A DNA stretch of 64,000 nt from Gammaproteobacteria bacterium (GCA_050298595.1 JBNKUM010000024.1:91483-155482); one strand, 5' to 3'. Positions 1 to 11,914 are shown, counted from the stretch's first letter. Notes: generated by a model not told the origin, from the letters alone. Numbers and translations: made by a program.

Positions 1-407
1 TGGGACAAATCGATAATACGATCATTAACGAACGGCCCCCTGTCGTTGACCTTAACCACTACAGTCTTTCCATTAGCTAGATTTTTAACACGTACCATAG
101 TCGGTAATGGCAGGGTTTTATGTGCTGCCGTCATCGCATGCATATTATAGGTTTCACCACTGGAGGTTCTTTTACCGTGAAAGTCTGGACCATACCATGA
201 AGCCGTGCCACGCTGTACAAAGCCCCTCGCTGACTGCATCACGAAATAGCGTTTTCCAAATACCACATAAGAGCCAGGGTTTCCATGTTTCGATTTTCCT
301 GTACTATCTAGCTCGATACTGTCAGATCCAGGGCTGTCTCCCATCGGCACGCCAAAGGTACAGCCAGATAGAATAACTAAAGCTATCAGAAGAGCCAGTA
401 AACGCAT
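1..407 (-). CDS. rlpA: Septal ring lytic transglycosylase RlpA family lipoprotein, 5' part (runs off the window edge)
   Basis: Not in the ORF track. Manual minus-strand translation from ATG at 407 gives MRLLALLIALVILSGC (lipobox)...ASWYGPDFHGKRTSSGETYNMHAMTAAHKTLPLPT...VKVNDRGPFVNDRIIDLS, the DPBB signature. Follows mltB. Confidence 0.95.
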   Translation of the reverse strand, partial: MRLLALLIALVILSGCTFGVPMGDSPGSDSIELDSTGKSKHGNPGSYVVFGKRYFVMQSARGFVQRGTASWYGPDFHGKRTSSGETYNMHAMTAAHKTLPLPTMVRVKNLANGKTVVVKVNDRGPFVNDRIIDLS

Positions 408-409
408 AC

Positions 410-1393
410 TTACTCTACGCCCTGCTTCAGTTTCTGACTGAGTTGATAAACCGCCATAGCGTATAAAGGGGAATGGTTATAACGGGTAATCACATAAAAA
501 TTCTGTAACCCTGCCCAATACTCAGCATGATCTTGCTGTTCAAACTTTAATAGTGCAACCTTCAGATCATCGTCCAGCGGGGTTTTACTTTTAAACCCAA
601 CGGCTGTTAAATCCTTCCAGTATTGATTGGGTTTCATTGCTGGCTCTATATCTATTTTTGAATTTTTCTGCTGTAAGCTGATGGGATAGGCAATCGGCTG
701 TCCTTCAACCCAACCGTGCTTTTTAAAGTAATTGGCGACACTTGTCAGAATATCCGGCAGGCTTTCAAACAGGTTCGCTTTGGCATCGCCGTCACCATCC
801 AGCGCAAAGTTTCTATAACTGGACGCGATAAATTGCGGCATACCCATAGCGCCTGCATAGGAACCCATGACAGCACGAGTATCCAGACCATTCTCTTTAC
901 TCAGGATCAGAAACTGTTCCAGTTCACGGGTAAAAAACTCGGCGCGCTTGGGGTAATCGAAGGCAAAAGTAACCAGGGTATCAAACACGGGTGATTTTCC
1001 TTTATAAACTCCGTAAAAGGTTTCTACACCGACAATAGCAATGATAATTTCAGCTGGAACCTTAAAAGTTTTTTCGATCTGACTGATTAATTCTCGATTC
1101 TCTTTCCAGAACTGAATCCCCGCATTGATGCGCTTATCTGTCAGGAAGATATTTCGATACTGGTGCCATTCCAGTTTTTCTGCCGGCCGGTCCATAAGCT
1201 CGAACAGCTCTCGCTGATTTTTGACCTGAGAAAACAGCTCAATCAACTCGGCCTCGCTATATTCACTAGTGGCAGCCATCTTGCGGATAAAGTCCTCAAC
1301 ATCAGTACGATAGCGGTAATCGCCTTTATTTAGTTTTGCGGCCTGTAGCGACAATGGCAACAAAAGTATCGATAACAGTAAAACTCTTAACAT
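410..1393 (-). CDS. mltB: Lytic murein transglycosylase B
   Basis: GVETFYG, GSYAGAMGMPQFIASSY and ITRYNHSPLYAMAV motifs; mrdA-rodA-mltB-rlpA synteny. Confidence 0.95.
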   Translation of the reverse strand: MLRVLLLSILLLPLSLQAAKLNKGDYRYRTDVEDFIRKMAATSEYSEAELIELFSQVKNQRELFELMDRPAEKLEWHQYRNIFLTDKRINAGIQFWKENRELISQIEKTFKVPAEIIIAIVGVETFYGVYKGKSPVFDTLVTFAFDYPKRAEFFTRELEQFLILSKENGLDTRAVMGSYAGAMGMPQFIASSYRNFALDGDGDAKANLFESLPDILTSVANYFKKHGWVEGQPIAYPISLQQKNSKIDIEPAMKPNQYWKDLTAVGFKSKTPLDDDLKVALLKFEQQDHAEYWAGLQNFYVITRYNHSPLYAMAVYQLSQKLKQGVE

Positions 1394-1458
1394 TCTGGCT
1401 CCTTTGGGCCCAGTTTATATATGGAAATTCCTGTCGGAAAATCCCTATTGAAAAATTT

Positions 1459-2580
1459 CTATCGTAAAAAACGCTTGGCTGATCCGACCGCCATTATCAT
1501 GCCGAACCCCGCCATAAGAGTCACCATAGAGGTGCCTCCATAACTCACCAGGGGTAAGGGTACACCAACCACCGGCAACAATCCTGTGACCATGCCGGTA
1601 TTTACAAACAGGTAGACAAAAAAGGTGAGACTTAGTGCACCAGCCAGCAGTCGACCGTAGTTATCCTGAGACATTGTGGCGATGAATAAACCACGATAAA
1701 TAATCAGTAAATACAGTAATATCAGAAATAAACTGCCGAACAATCCAAATTCTTCACCAAATACGGAAAAGATAAAATCTGTCTGTCGCTCTGGTAAAAA
1801 CTCCAGCTGCGACTGGGTACCATTCAACCAGCCTTTGCCATACACACCGCCTGATCCTATGGCGATTTTGGATTGAATAATGTGATAGCCGGATCCCAGA
1901 GGATCAGATTCAGGATTGAGCAGGGTTAGTATGCGTCCACGCTGGTAATCATGCAGCCCAAACTTCCATAATAAGGGAGCCATCGCTGATATCACCAGCC
2001 CCAGAATAAAAAAGATTTTCCAGCGCACTCCCGCCAGAAAGAGCACAAAATACCCTGCACTTGCGACTAGCAACGCAGTTCCAAGGTCGGGCTGACGGGC
2101 AATCAGTATAACCGGGATCAACACCAGCAAAGCAGAAACGGATAAATCTTTCCAGCCCACGGGTAATACCTTTTCCGATAGATAGGATGCCACCATCATA
2201 GGCATTGCCAACTTCATAAACTCTGAAGGTTGAAAGCGTATAAAGCCAAAATCCAGCCAGCGTTGCGCACCTTTACCGATCTCACCAAATATCATTACAG
2301 CGATCAGCAATAGCACACCGCCCAGATAAAACCACATAGACAGTTTTTTTAGTACGCGCATTGATATATTGGCGATGCCTATCATCAGCACCACCGCCAA
2401 TGCCAGACGCGTGATCTGCCTTATCAGCATATTAATATCGCTACCGCTGGCGCTAAATAGAATGACCAGCCCAAAACTGGACAGTATAAACAACAGCAAC
2501 ATAAGCACTGGATCAAGTCGAAATGCATCCAGTACACGACGCGAAATTGAATGCTGGTCATTCTCTGTATAATGATCCAT
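1459..2580 (-). CDS. rodA: Rod shape-determining SEDS glycosyltransferase RodA
   Basis: GAQRWLDFGFIRFQPSEFMK, QPDLGT, LPERQTDFIF and SYGGTS motifs; next to PBP2. Confidence 0.97.
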   Translation of the reverse strand: MDHYTENDQHSISRRVLDAFRLDPVLMLLLFILSSFGLVILFSASGSDINMLIRQITRLALAVVLMIGIANISMRVLKKLSMWFYLGGVLLLIAVMIFGEIGKGAQRWLDFGFIRFQPSEFMKLAMPMMVASYLSEKVLPVGWKDLSVSALLVLIPVILIARQPDLGTALLVASAGYFVLFLAGVRWKIFFILGLVISAMAPLLWKFGLHDYQRGRILTLLNPESDPLGSGYHIIQSKIAIGSGGVYGKGWLNGTQSQLEFLPERQTDFIFSVFGEEFGLFGSLFLILLYLLIIYRGLFIATMSQDNYGRLLAGALSLTFFVYLFVNTGMVTGLLPVVGVPLPLVSYGGTSMVTLMAGFGMIMAVGSAKRFLR

Positions 2581-4460
2581 TAATTACTCGCCTGTGTTTT
2601 ATTTTCATTTTCATCTGGTTCTTTTAATAGGTAGGCATCCATAATCTTGCGCGCTATAGGCGCTGCCACTGAGCTACCATGCCCGCCATTTTCGACCACC
2701 ACCGCCACGGCTATTTTTGGATCTTCTACCGGGGCAAAAGCCATAAATAGAGCATGGTCGCGTAACTTCTTCGTCACATTCTCTTCTTCGTATTCTTCAT
2801 CCTGGGCAATACCAAAAACCTGTGCGGTACCCGTCTTGCCCGCAATTTTATATTGAAGCCCCTGGGCGATACGGTGTGCGGTACCGCGTATATGATGTAC
2901 TACATTGGTCATACCTCGTACGACATGATCCCAGTTGAGTTTTTTCTTTAACTTATATTCACTACTGAGTACCACTTCGACAGGCTGATCTGTCTGATCG
3001 ACCGGGTTTTCTATGGATTTCACCAGATGAGGCTTATACAGCTTGCCCTGCATGGCCAAAGCTCCTGTAGCGCTACTTAACTGTAAGGGTGTAACCAGCA
3101 AAGCTCCCTGGCCTATACCCGTGATTAAAGTTTCACCCGGAAACCATGGCATGCCTCTGGCATTGCGTTTCCATTCGCGTGAAGGCATCAGGCCCGGGCG
3201 TTCACTGGTACTATCAATCCCGGTACGACTGCCAAACCCGAACTGTTTCATAAATTCAGACATGCGATCTATGCCAAGATTGTAAGAGAGCTCATAAAAG
3301 TAAACATCACAGGATTGGGTAATTGCCCCATCCAGCGTCATGTACCCATGCCCCCCCTTTTTCCAGTCACGGTATTTACGCTCATCGTTGGGCAATTGAT
3401 AGTAACCACCACAAAAAACCTTATGCCCTGGCCCGATAACATTAGATTCCAGGCCAGCAAGACCGAAAAACGGCTTGGTTGTTGAGCCGGGCGGATACTG
3501 TCCGGTAATTGCGCGATTAAACAGCGGGCGCCTGGGTGAGTCACGTAAAGCACTGTAATTGGCCATACTGATACCATTGACAAACAGATTCGGATCAAAG
3601 CTTGGCATGCTTACCAAAGCAAGGATTTCACCATTACGAGGATCAATCGCCACCATAGAACCTTTCTGACCGGTAAACAGGTATTCCGCCAATTGCTGTA
3701 GTGATGAATCTATCGTCAGGTGCAGATTTTTGCCTGCTTTCGGTGCCTGTTCGTCCAGTACCCGTAAAGTCCGCCCGGAGGCATTTACTTCAACGCGCTG
3801 ATAACCCACCTCACCATGTAACTCGGCTTCATAGTATTTCTCAAGCCCCAGCTTACCAATATGACTGGTGCCTGCGTAATTCGCTTCATCTAACTTGACC
3901 AGATCCCTCAGATCAATTCGCCCAACATAGCCCAGCGCATGCACAGCATGCTTGCCCAGGGGATAATTTCGCGTCAGACGCGCATTGATTTCCACACCAT
4001 TAAAACGATGGATATTGACTGCCAGTGCTGCGACTTCTTCATCGCTCAGATTAAGCAACAGAGGCACTGATTCAAATGACCTTCTGCGTTTGCTGGTTTC
4101 ACGAAATCTGCTGACTTCCTGATCGGATATCTCAACCAGTTGTCTCAATTGTTGCAATGTTTCATCCATATCCTCAACCTGCTCTCGAATAATCTCTAAT
4201 CGATAAGCAGGTAGATTATCTGCAAGCACAATGCCATTACGGTCATAGATCAGTCCGCGCGTAGGAGGCAGCGCTTTGAGACTGACTCGATTTGACTCGG
4301 ATAAGGTGGTGAAATGTTCATGATCAACGACCTGTAGCACATACAGACGCCCTAGCACCACCATCATCAACACAAAAACAATCAGCGCCGCTGCAATCAA
4401 GCGGTTCCTGATCAGTCTGGTTTCCAGATAATTATCTTTGAGTTTTTCTCGGTAGGCCAT
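2580..4460 (-). CDS. mrdA: Penicillin-binding protein 2
   Basis: N-terminal TM, RGLIYDRNG, SxxK (GSTTK), SCD and KTGTAQ motifs. Confidence 0.97.
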   Translation of the reverse strand: MAYREKLKDNYLETRLIRNRLIAAALIVFVLMMVVLGRLYVLQVVDHEHFTTLSESNRVSLKALPPTRGLIYDRNGIVLADNLPAYRLEIIREQVEDMDETLQQLRQLVEISDQEVSRFRETSKRRRSFESVPLLLNLSDEEVAALAVNIHRFNGVEINARLTRNYPLGKHAVHALGYVGRIDLRDLVKLDEANYAGTSHIGKLGLEKYYEAELHGEVGYQRVEVNASGRTLRVLDEQAPKAGKNLHLTIDSSLQQLAEYLFTGQKGSMVAIDPRNGEILALVSMPSFDPNLFVNGISMANYSALRDSPRRPLFNRAITGQYPPGSTTKPFFGLAGLESNVIGPGHKVFCGGYYQLPNDERKYRDWKKGGHGYMTLDGAITQSCDVYFYELSYNLGIDRMSEFMKQFGFGSRTGIDSTSERPGLMPSREWKRNARGMPWFPGETLITGIGQGALLVTPLQLSSATGALAMQGKLYKPHLVKSIENPVDQTDQPVEVVLSSEYKLKKKLNWDHVVRGMTNVVHHIRGTAHRIAQGLQYKIAGKTGTAQVFGIAQDEEYEEENVTKKLRDHALFMAFAPVEDPKIAVAVVVENGGHGSSVAAPIARKIMDAYLLKEPDENENKTQASN

Positions 4461-4556
4461 CAGCAGATGATGTCCAGTGGATACGGCATAAAATGATACG
4501 AAGCTTTAAAAAGTGACGCCATTAAACCACCGATTGCATGAATTTCAAGCTGAAAA

Positions 4557-4585
4557 AACAAAGCCTGCGCTATGCAGGCTTTGTT
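4557..4585 (-). terminator. Rho-independent terminator after hppA
   Basis: aacaaagcctgc-gctat-gcaggctttgtt perfect stem with a U-tract on the minus strand. Confidence 0.8.
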
Positions 4586-4609
4586 AGTGGAACTGTTGCT
4601 AATTGATTT

Positions 4610-6634
4610 TTACAGTAATGGCACCATCAACAGCGCTACGATATTGATGATTTTTATCAATGGGTTGATCGCTGGACCTGCAGTATCCTTATAAGGGTCA
4701 CCTACTGTATCGCCAGTCACTGCTGCCTTATGCGCATCAGAACCCTTGCCGCCATGATTGCCGTCTTCGATATATTTTTTCGCATTATCCCAGGCACCAC
4801 CACCGGTGGTCATAGAGATCGCCACAAACAAACCGGTTACGATAGTACCGATCAAAACGCCACCCAGTGCTTGCGCACCCAGTGTCAGGCCGACCACGAT
4901 TGGCACTGCAACCGGTAATAAGGAAGGAATAATCATTTCCTTAATCGCTGCACGAGTCAGCATATCCACAGCACGAGAATAATCCGGCTTCTGTGTTCTA
5001 TCCATAATGCCTGGCATTTCACGGAACTGGCGACGTACTTCATTCACGATACCACCGGCTGCACGACCTACTGCTTCCATTGCCATTGCACCAAACAGAT
5101 AAGGAATCAAACCACCAATAAACAGGCCAATAATGACCATATGGTTGGATAGATCAAAGGTTTCAGCCTTGCCTGCACTGGTCAACGAGCTGGTGTAATC
5201 GGCAAACAATACCAGAGTAGCCAGACCGGCAGATCCAATCGCATATCCCTTGGTTACCGCCTTGGTAGTATTACCCACTGCATCCAGTGCATCGGTAGTA
5301 TTTCGAATCTCTTCTGGTAGTTCGGCCATTTCAGCGATACCACCTGCGTTATCGGTAATCGGTCCATAAGCGTCCAGTGCTACCACAATACCCGTCATAG
5401 ACAACATGGCAGTTGCTGCAATCGCTATTCCGTACAGTCCAGCCAGATTATGTGCCCCCCAGATTGAAAGACAGACAGCCAGTACAGGCAATGCGGTTGA
5501 ACGCATCGAAATACCCAGGCCGGCGATAACATTGGTACCATCACCGGTAGTAGAAGCTTCAGCGATATGTCTTACCGGAGAGTATTCGGTTGCCGTGTAG
5601 TACTCAGTAATCACAATCATCGCTACGGTCAGCACCAAACCGATTAACGCAGCACCAAATAGAGCACCAGTGCTAAACATCCCGTTATCCGCCATCATAG
5701 AATTAGTTATCACATAGAAACCGATAGCTGAAAGAATGGCTGACACAGCAGTTGCCTTATACAGCGCAGTCATAATCTTGCCGCCTTCCTTATATTTAAC
5801 GAAGAAGGTGCCGATTACCGAACAGATGATCGAGATACCACCCAGTACCAGAGGATAGGTCACGGCCAGCGCCAGAGTTTCTGTACTCGATTTTACAAAC
5901 ACCAGACTGCCCAGCAACATAGTAGCGATAATGGTTACTGCATAGGTTTCAAACAAATCTGCCGCCATACCCGCACAGTCACCCACGTTATCACCCACGT
6001 TATCTGCGATAACTGCCGGATTACGTGGATCGTCCTCGGGAATCCCTGCTTCAACCTTACCAACAATATCAGCGCCCACATCAGCACCCTTGGTGAATAT
6101 ACCACCACCCAGACGGGCAAAGATTGAGATCAACGAACCACCGAAGGCCAATCCAACCATCGGATGTAGAGGATCATCTACACCCATCATCAGTAATATG
6201 CTGTAGTAACCAGCAACGCCTAATAAGCCTAGCCCAACCACTAACATTCCGGTAATTGCGCCGCCTTTAAAAGCGACCTGCAGGGCAGGATTGATTCCAC
6301 CTTTAGCCGCTTCTGCAGTACGTGAATTGGAACGCACAGAAACATGCATGCCTATATAGCCTGCAGCACCTGATAATAATGCACCCAATGCGAAACCAAC
6401 TGCGGTATACCAGTCCAGAGCCAGGCCAAGGCCCAGGAATAATATTGCGCCAACCATAGAGATAGCCGTGTATTGACGCGCCAGATAAGCCACTGCGCCT
6501 TCCTGAATAGCGCCTGCGATTCTTTGCATTTCTTCATTACCCTGAGGCTTTGCTAAAACGCTAAAGATTGAAACTACCCCATACCCGATCCCTACAAAAG
6601 CACAGATCAATGCCATAACTAATGCTGAACTCAT
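4610..6634 (-). CDS. hppA: Membrane-bound H+-translocating pyrophosphatase, K+-independent type
   Basis: [26 protein letters not shown] and [10 protein letters not shown] motifs. GNTTKA (Lys) marks the K+-independent subfamily. Confidence 0.93.
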   Translation of the reverse strand: MSSALVMALICAFVGIGYGVVSIFSVLAKPQGNEEMQRIAGAIQEGAVAYLARQYTAISMVGAILFLGLGLALDWYTAVGFALGALLSGAAGYIGMHVSVRSNSRTAEAAKGGINPALQVAFKGGAITGMLVVGLGLLGVAGYYSILLMMGVDDPLHPMVGLAFGGSLISIFARLGGGIFTKGADVGADIVGKVEAGIPEDDPRNPAVIADNVGDNVGDCAGMAADLFETYAVTIIATMLLGSLVFVKSSTETLALAVTYPLVLGGISIICSVIGTFFVKYKEGGKIMTALYKATAVSAILSAIGFYVITNSMMADNGMFSTGALFGAALIGLVLTVAMIVITEYYTATEYSPVRHIAEASTTGDGTNVIAGLGISMRSTALPVLAVCLSIWGAHNLAGLYGIAIAATAMLSMTGIVVALDAYGPITDNAGGIAEMAELPEEIRNTTDALDAVGNTTKAVTKGYAIGSAGLATLVLFADYTSSLTSAGKAETFDLSNHMVIIGLFIGGLIPYLFGAMAMEAVGRAAGGIVNEVRRQFREMPGIMDRTQKPDYSRAVDMLTRAAIKEMIIPSLLPVAVPIVVGLTLGAQALGGVLIGTIVTGLFVAISMTTGGGAWDNAKKYIEDGNHGGKGSDAHKAAVTGDTVGDPYKDTAGPAINPLIKIINIVALLMVPLL

Positions 6635-6687
6635 TTTTTTATGTCCTATTTATTGTTAAATTAAAAAATTATTTTTGTGCTCAAAAA

Positions 6688-6718
6688 AAAACCGCCAGTT
6701 CAATGAACTAGCGGTTTT
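6688..6718 (-). terminator. Rho-independent terminator between adk and hppA
   Basis: aaaaccgccagttc-aat-gaactagcggtttt hairpin followed by a long U-tract on the minus strand. Confidence 0.75.
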
Positions 6719-6726
6719 GATATTTG

Positions 6727-7431
<705 letters not shown>

Positions 7432-7647
7432 TCAAATTCCATAGCCACCAGAATTAAGATTTGAAATACTCGATATTGCATCAATCTATACTCTTGTGCA
7501 CATTGTGCCACAGCAATACCCCTACTTCGAGCATGCTTTTTAAATTGACCGATTGAATTCACTTATGCCTGCATATCTCCATTAGCATGCAAATTTGCGC
7601 TTTTTATTGTATATTCGCCGCCCTGTATATCGATAGAACAACAAATT

Positions 7648-8004
7648 ATGGACGCCATTCCTGATATAAATGACACCGAACAACGTATTATCCGTAGCTC
7701 TCTGGATGAACGCTGGGGCAAGGACAAGGTAGAGTTTCACATTGTTGATGTGGAGGCCAGACTGGACCCCTCTGACCGTGAATTGACCGAATGCCCGGCT
7801 ATTTACTGGGAACAGGGCGAATGTCATTTTGTAGTCATCAAAACCGCCGAAAATCTCTACCGCACCCAGTTTTATTATGGTAACCGCGAACAATTCGGTA
7901 CTGGAATACGTGAATACAATGAGTTGGGAGACTGCGTCATCTCCCTGCTACGCCTGCAGTCAGATCATGAAAGAGATCGCCAGCAGGAGTTAAACCCAGA
8001 CTAA
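7648..8004 (+). CDS. Acidic hypothetical protein upstream of pfp
   Basis: 118-aa ORF with protein-like composition in the same orientation as pfp; no motif recognised. Confidence 0.75.
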   Translation: MDAIPDINDTEQRIIRSSLDERWGKDKVEFHIVDVEARLDPSDRELTECPAIYWEQGECHFVVIKTAENLYRTQFYYGNREQFGTGIREYNELGDCVISLLRLQSDHERDRQQELNPD

Positions 8005-8065
8005 TTAAAAATTTTTATATCAACTACAGGCTTTAAAAAAGCTGAATTCATTGCGGAGAAAAATA

Positions 8066-9322
8066 ATGAGTATAAAGAATGCATTCTATGCACAATCAGG
8101 CGGCGTAACCGCCGTTATCAACGCTTCGGGCTGTGGCGTCATCGAAACCTGTCGCAAACACGCCGACAAAATAGGTAATGTGTATGCCGGTCAAAATGGC
8201 ATCATCGGTGCATTAACCGAAAATCTAATCGATACCTCTAAAGAATCTGCTGAAGATATTGCCGCACTGAAAACCACGCCTTCGGGTGGATTTGGCTCCT
8301 GCCGCTTCAAGCTCAAAAGCCTGGAAGAAAACAAGCGCGAATATGAACGCCTGATCGAGGTGTTCAAGGCACACAACATTGGTTATTTCTTCTATAACGG
8401 CGGCGGTGATTCAGCCGATACCTGTTATAAGGTTTCTCAGTTGTCTGAAAAAATGGGATTTCCGGTACAGGCGATACATGTACCTAAAACGGTTGATAAC
8501 GATCTGCCGATCACCGATAACTGCCCTGGCTTTGGATCAGTCGCCAAGTATATTGCGGTTTCTACACTGGAAGCCTCGTTTGATGTGCGTTCCATGGCTG
8601 CAACCTCTACCAAGATTTTTGTTATCGAAGTCATGGGGCGTCACGCAGGCTGGATTGCTGCTGCAGGTGCACTGGTAGAAGACTATGGTATTCCAGTAGT
8701 CACACTATTCCCTGAAATTGAATTCGATAAAGAAAAATTCCTCGCCGTGGTTGATGCCAGGGTTAAAGAGCATGGCTACTGCACTATCGTAGTTTCTGAA
8801 GGCGCGCACTATCCTGATGGCACTTTTCTGGCAGAACAGGGCACCCGCGACTCATTCGGACACGCCCAACTGGGTGGCGCAGCGCCCATCGTAGCGAATA
8901 TGATCAAGGACGCACTGGGCTATAAATTTCACTGGGCGGTTGCTGACTACCTACAACGTGCAGCACGTCACCTGGCCTCGGAATCTGATGTACAACAGGC
9001 TTATGCGCTGGGTGAAGCGGCAGTCGAAAAAGCCCTGGAAGGCAAGAACTCCATCATGCCGACCGTGGTTCGTGAATCATCAAACCCTTACAAATGGAGC
9101 ATTGGCGAAGCCCCATTAAGCGAAGTGGCTAATGTTGAAAAAATGATGCCTATGGATTACATCAGTGAAGATGGCTATGGTATTACTGACAAGTGTAAGG
9201 AATACCTCTACCCCTTAATCAAGGGCGAAGCCTATCCTGAATACGATGACAACGGTATGCCCATATATGTCACTCTGAAGAATGAGCTGACTGAAAAGAA
9301 ACTACCGCTGTTTGAAATTTAA
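8066..9322 (+). CDS. pfp: Pyrophosphate-dependent 6-phosphofructokinase
   Basis: QSGGVTAVIN, NGGGDS (Asp at the PPi-specificity position), PKTVDND and MGRHAGW motifs; near hppA. Confidence 0.88.
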   Translation: MSIKNAFYAQSGGVTAVINASGCGVIETCRKHADKIGNVYAGQNGIIGALTENLIDTSKESAEDIAALKTTPSGGFGSCRFKLKSLEENKREYERLIEVFKAHNIGYFFYNGGGDSADTCYKVSQLSEKMGFPVQAIHVPKTVDNDLPITDNCPGFGSVAKYIAVSTLEASFDVRSMAATSTKIFVIEVMGRHAGWIAAAGALVEDYGIPVVTLFPEIEFDKEKFLAVVDARVKEHGYCTIVVSEGAHYPDGTFLAEQGTRDSFGHAQLGGAAPIVANMIKDALGYKFHWAVADYLQRAARHLASESDVQQAYALGEAAVEKALEGKNSIMPTVVRESSNPYKWSIGEAPLSEVANVEKMMPMDYISEDGYGITDKCKEYLYPLIKGEAYPEYDDNGMPIYVTLKNELTEKKLPLFEI

Positions 9323-9334
9323 CCAGCATACCTG

Positions 9335-9361
9335 AAAGGGCTGCACTTGCAGCCCTTTTTT
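9335..9361 (+). terminator. Rho-independent terminator after pfp
   Basis: aaagggctgca-ct-tgcagccc followed by a T run. Confidence 0.8.
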
Positions 9362-9370
9362 ATTCCACTT

Positions 9371-9568
9371 ATGACCCTTGAACGCGCCAGAGAACTACTG
9401 GAAACCCAGGTCTATATCGGCCAGGGTTATAATCGTCATGCCGCTCGCCTGATACTGGCTGAAGTTCAGCGTGATCTGGGACAGGGTGCTGTCGACCAGT
9501 TAATCACGGAATTGAATATGACTGAAGTGTTCGGATTTAACCCGGGCGAGCATTTTAAATCCCCCTGA
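9371..9568 (+). CDS. Small hypothetical protein (65 aa)
   Basis: MTLERARELLETQ...GYNRHAARLILAEV; ATG start just after the pfp terminator. Confidence 0.65.
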   Translation: MTLERARELLETQVYIGQGYNRHAARLILAEVQRDLGQGAVDQLITELNMTEVFGFNPGEHFKSP

Positions 9569-9624
9569 TGAATAGAATTCATAGTTTTTCCTTAGCGCCC
9601 CCTCTCTACAACCCCTTTCGACAC

Positions 9625-9633
9625 TGCTATAAT
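9625..9633 (+). promoter_or_regulatory. Extended -10 promoter for ppa
   Basis: TG-c-TATAAT followed by GC-rich cccgcgc, about 40 bp before the ppa start. Confidence 0.6.
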
Positions 9634-9670
9634 CCCGCGCTCTATTATCTATGAAGCATTGGCCAGATTT

Positions 9671-10219
9671 ATGAATCTTGATCGCGTTAACTCGGGTGTA
9701 AATTGCCCAAATGATATTAATGTCATTATCGAAATCCCTTCGCATAGTGATCCTGTCAAATATGAAGTCGATAAAGCAACAGGTGCTATGTTCGTCGATC
9801 GCTTCATGGGAACTGCCATGCATTATCCCTGTAACTATGGATATATCCCACACACACTGTCTGACGATGGTGACCCTGCCGACGTTCTGGTGGTCACACC
9901 GGTACCGCTGATCAGTGGTTCAGTGATCCGCGTTCGTCCTGTTGGCATGCTTAAAATGACCGATGAATCGGGTGAAGATGCCAAGATACTGGCCGTGCCT
10001 GTCGATAGCTTATCGCGTATGTATCGAGAGATTGACTCGGTACGTGATATGCCGCGTCCGTTGCTGGATTCTATCTCTCACTTTTTCGAACACTACAAAG
10101 ATCTGGAAGATGGCAAGTGGGTGCATATCGAAGGCTGGTTGGGTACAGAAGAAGCCAAGAAGGAAATCATGGATAGTATTGAACGTTATAACGCAGCGAA
10201 GGAAAAGCCTGCATTTTAA
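9671..10219 (+). CDS. ppa: Soluble inorganic pyrophosphatase, family I
   Basis: [26 protein letters not shown] and FFEHYKDLE motifs. Confidence 0.97.
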   Translation: MNLDRVNSGVNCPNDINVIIEIPSHSDPVKYEVDKATGAMFVDRFMGTAMHYPCNYGYIPHTLSDDGDPADVLVVTPVPLISGSVIRVRPVGMLKMTDESGEDAKILAVPVDSLSRMYREIDSVRDMPRPLLDSISHFFEHYKDLEDGKWVHIEGWLGTEEAKKEIMDSIERYNAAKEKPAF

Positions 10220-10899
10220 TCCTGTTCTGAATTAGCGAATAAAGCTGCTTTCTCTTCCGTAGATACTGCAGTAGCCGGTTTGGCAAGGGTGATATCAGGA
10301 TGACAGACCTGATTTCGCCCCTGTTGTTTGGCCTGATACAAATACTGATCCGCACTGTCCACAAAAGCTTCGAAACTCTGACTCTCATCTGCCTGATAAA
10401 CTGCGACACCCAGACTGGCTGTAATATTGAACCAGTTATCTGCAAATGCTACGGGTGTCTGCTGTAAAGTCAGTCGCACTCGATGTGCCACCCTTACCGC
10501 CATAGCTAAACTGGTTTGAGGTAATATTAGCGCAAATTCCTCTCCACCATAGCGACAAATAATATCCACCACGCGCAACTCCTGTCTAAACACAGATGCA
10601 GCAAGCTGTAGCGCCTTATTACCGCCTTCATGCCCCCAACGATCATTCACCTGCTTGAATAAATCAAGGTCGATCATCACAAGCGCGGTAGGATGACCCG
10701 TACGATTAGTTCGCTGCATTTCATTCTTCAACACAGATTCGAAATGACGATAATTGAATAAACCAGTTAAGGGATCAGTACTCACCTGGGTTTGCAACTG
10801 ACTGATTTCCTGTTGAAGACTGGCTACCTGACTCACCCAGTCACAATCGCGAATTCCAACTGGGCATAGTTCTATTTTTAATTCAGACTGACTCATCAA
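10216..10899 (-). CDS. Diguanylate cyclase with short Cys-containing coiled-coil N-terminus
   Basis: [15 protein letters not shown] active site with RxxD I-site (RVVD); N-terminal CPVG..C. Confidence 0.9.
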   Translation of the reverse strand: MMSQSELKIELCPVGIRDCDWVSQVASLQQEISQLQTQVSTDPLTGLFNYRHFESVLKNEMQRTNRTGHPTALVMIDLDLFKQVNDRWGHEGGNKALQLAASVFRQELRVVDIICRYGGEEFALILPQTSLAMAVRVAHRVRLTLQQTPVAFADNWFNITASLGVAVYQADESQSFEAFVDSADQYLYQAKQQGRNQVCHPDITLAKPATAVSTEEKAALFANSEQD

Positions 10900-10962
10900 A
10901 CGGAGTATAACAACACAAAATCACATTGCACTGAGCATTTGTAAACAACGCAACAGGAATTC

Positions 10963-11544
10963 TTATTCGAGTATGGACAATAAATTATTTACCAGAGTAT
11001 GCAATGGTTCTCGCTCAATTCCAGTTTGACTATACAGGCGGATACCTCGCACACCCATCAGTAAGAAGGCAGCTAAAGACTCAGGATTTTTATCCTCACT
11101 CAGCTCTCCATTTTGCTGCGCTGTCAGCAATATCTGATAGAACTGTTGCTGATGACTGGCAAACATGGCCTGCAGGCGCTGGCGAACTTCCTCATCCTGT
11201 GACGCCAGTTCGGTAGCTGTATTGATCATCAGACAGCCCTTGATGGCCTTATCATCCAGCACATCCTCAATCAGCGCCGCAAAATATTGATGGATGCCAT
11301 CTAACGCTGCCCCATCACTTTTCAGGCGCTGGGTCAGCAAGGCGGAGCTTCTTTCGAAATACAGATCCAGTGCCTGTAAAAACAGTTCCCGCTTACTATT
11401 AAAAGCAGCATACAGGCTACCTGGCCGCATGTTCATTTGCTCGCCTAATTGCTGTATGGAGGTATTGCTATAGCCATTTTTCCAGAAAAGAAACATCGAT
11501 TGCTCGAGCACACGAGTACGATCAAATTGAGCAGGTCTAGGCAT
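10963..11544 (-). CDS. TetR/AcrR family regulator (NemR/ComR-like)
   Basis: MPRPAQFD...FWKNGYSNTSI...GSLYAAFNSKRELF HTH and GCLMINT. Confidence 0.92.
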   Translation of the reverse strand: MPRPAQFDRTRVLEQSMFLFWKNGYSNTSIQQLGEQMNMRPGSLYAAFNSKRELFLQALDLYFERSSALLTQRLKSDGAALDGIHQYFAALIEDVLDDKAIKGCLMINTATELASQDEEVRQRLQAMFASHQQQFYQILLTAQQNGELSEDKNPESLAAFLLMGVRGIRLYSQTGIEREPLHTLVNNLLSILE

Positions 11545-11589
11545 AGCTGAAACTGATATTGGTTAGAGTTGCTTTACCTTACCAGATAA

Positions 11590-11605
11590 TTGAGTGATCA
11601 CTCAA
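11590..11605. promoter_or_regulatory. Probable TetR operator
   Basis: Perfect 16-bp palindrome TTGAGTGATCACTCAA between tetR and a divergent start. Confidence 0.75.
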
Positions 11606-11648
11606 AAAATAATCTAATTTTTTTCATTTTTCTACTCAGGAGTCAAGC

Positions 11649-11708
11649 ATGAACCTTCAAGCTGAAATTGATAAAAACAAGCAACTAACCGGAGCCGGTA
11701 AACCTTAA
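11649..11708 (+). pseudogene. 5' remnant of the TetR-regulated divergent gene (MNLQAEIDKNKQLTGAGKP*)
   Basis: AGGAG RBS at 11638-11642 and ATG at 11649; the TAA stop coincides with the end of the repeat at 11708. Confidence 0.55.
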
Positions 11709-11914
11709 ACCTGGATTCCGCAGTTGACCGCTCGCATAGAAGGGCAACCCACTGTTTCGTTGAGAATAACAGTCGATTTATTTTTTCACCCAACAGCTGA
11801 GTCCCGCTACGAGATGAATTGCACGTTTGAGGCGGCGTATCTCTGCGTTGCCTATAGGACATAGGTAAGGGGCGTGAGCAGGACGCGGAAGCCTTGTAAC
11901 TCCTTGGAATAGCC
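11708..11914. mobile_element. MITE-like dispersed repeat, copy 1 (one nested module)
   Basis: 11708-11895 is the reverse complement of 58043-58231 (about 84% identity by hand alignment). Shares the ctgga(t/a)tccgcag end and gcggcgtatctctgc...gtaactccttg core with 20651-20756. Confidence 0.85.

Noticed and set aside
107-376. 89-aa plus-strand ORF
   Set aside because: Antisense shadow of rlpA, which the ORF track omitted because it runs off the window.
11632-11862. 76-aa ORF across the repeat as a transposase fragment
   Set aside because: The equivalent frame in the 58-kb copy has stops, and there is no transposase motif.
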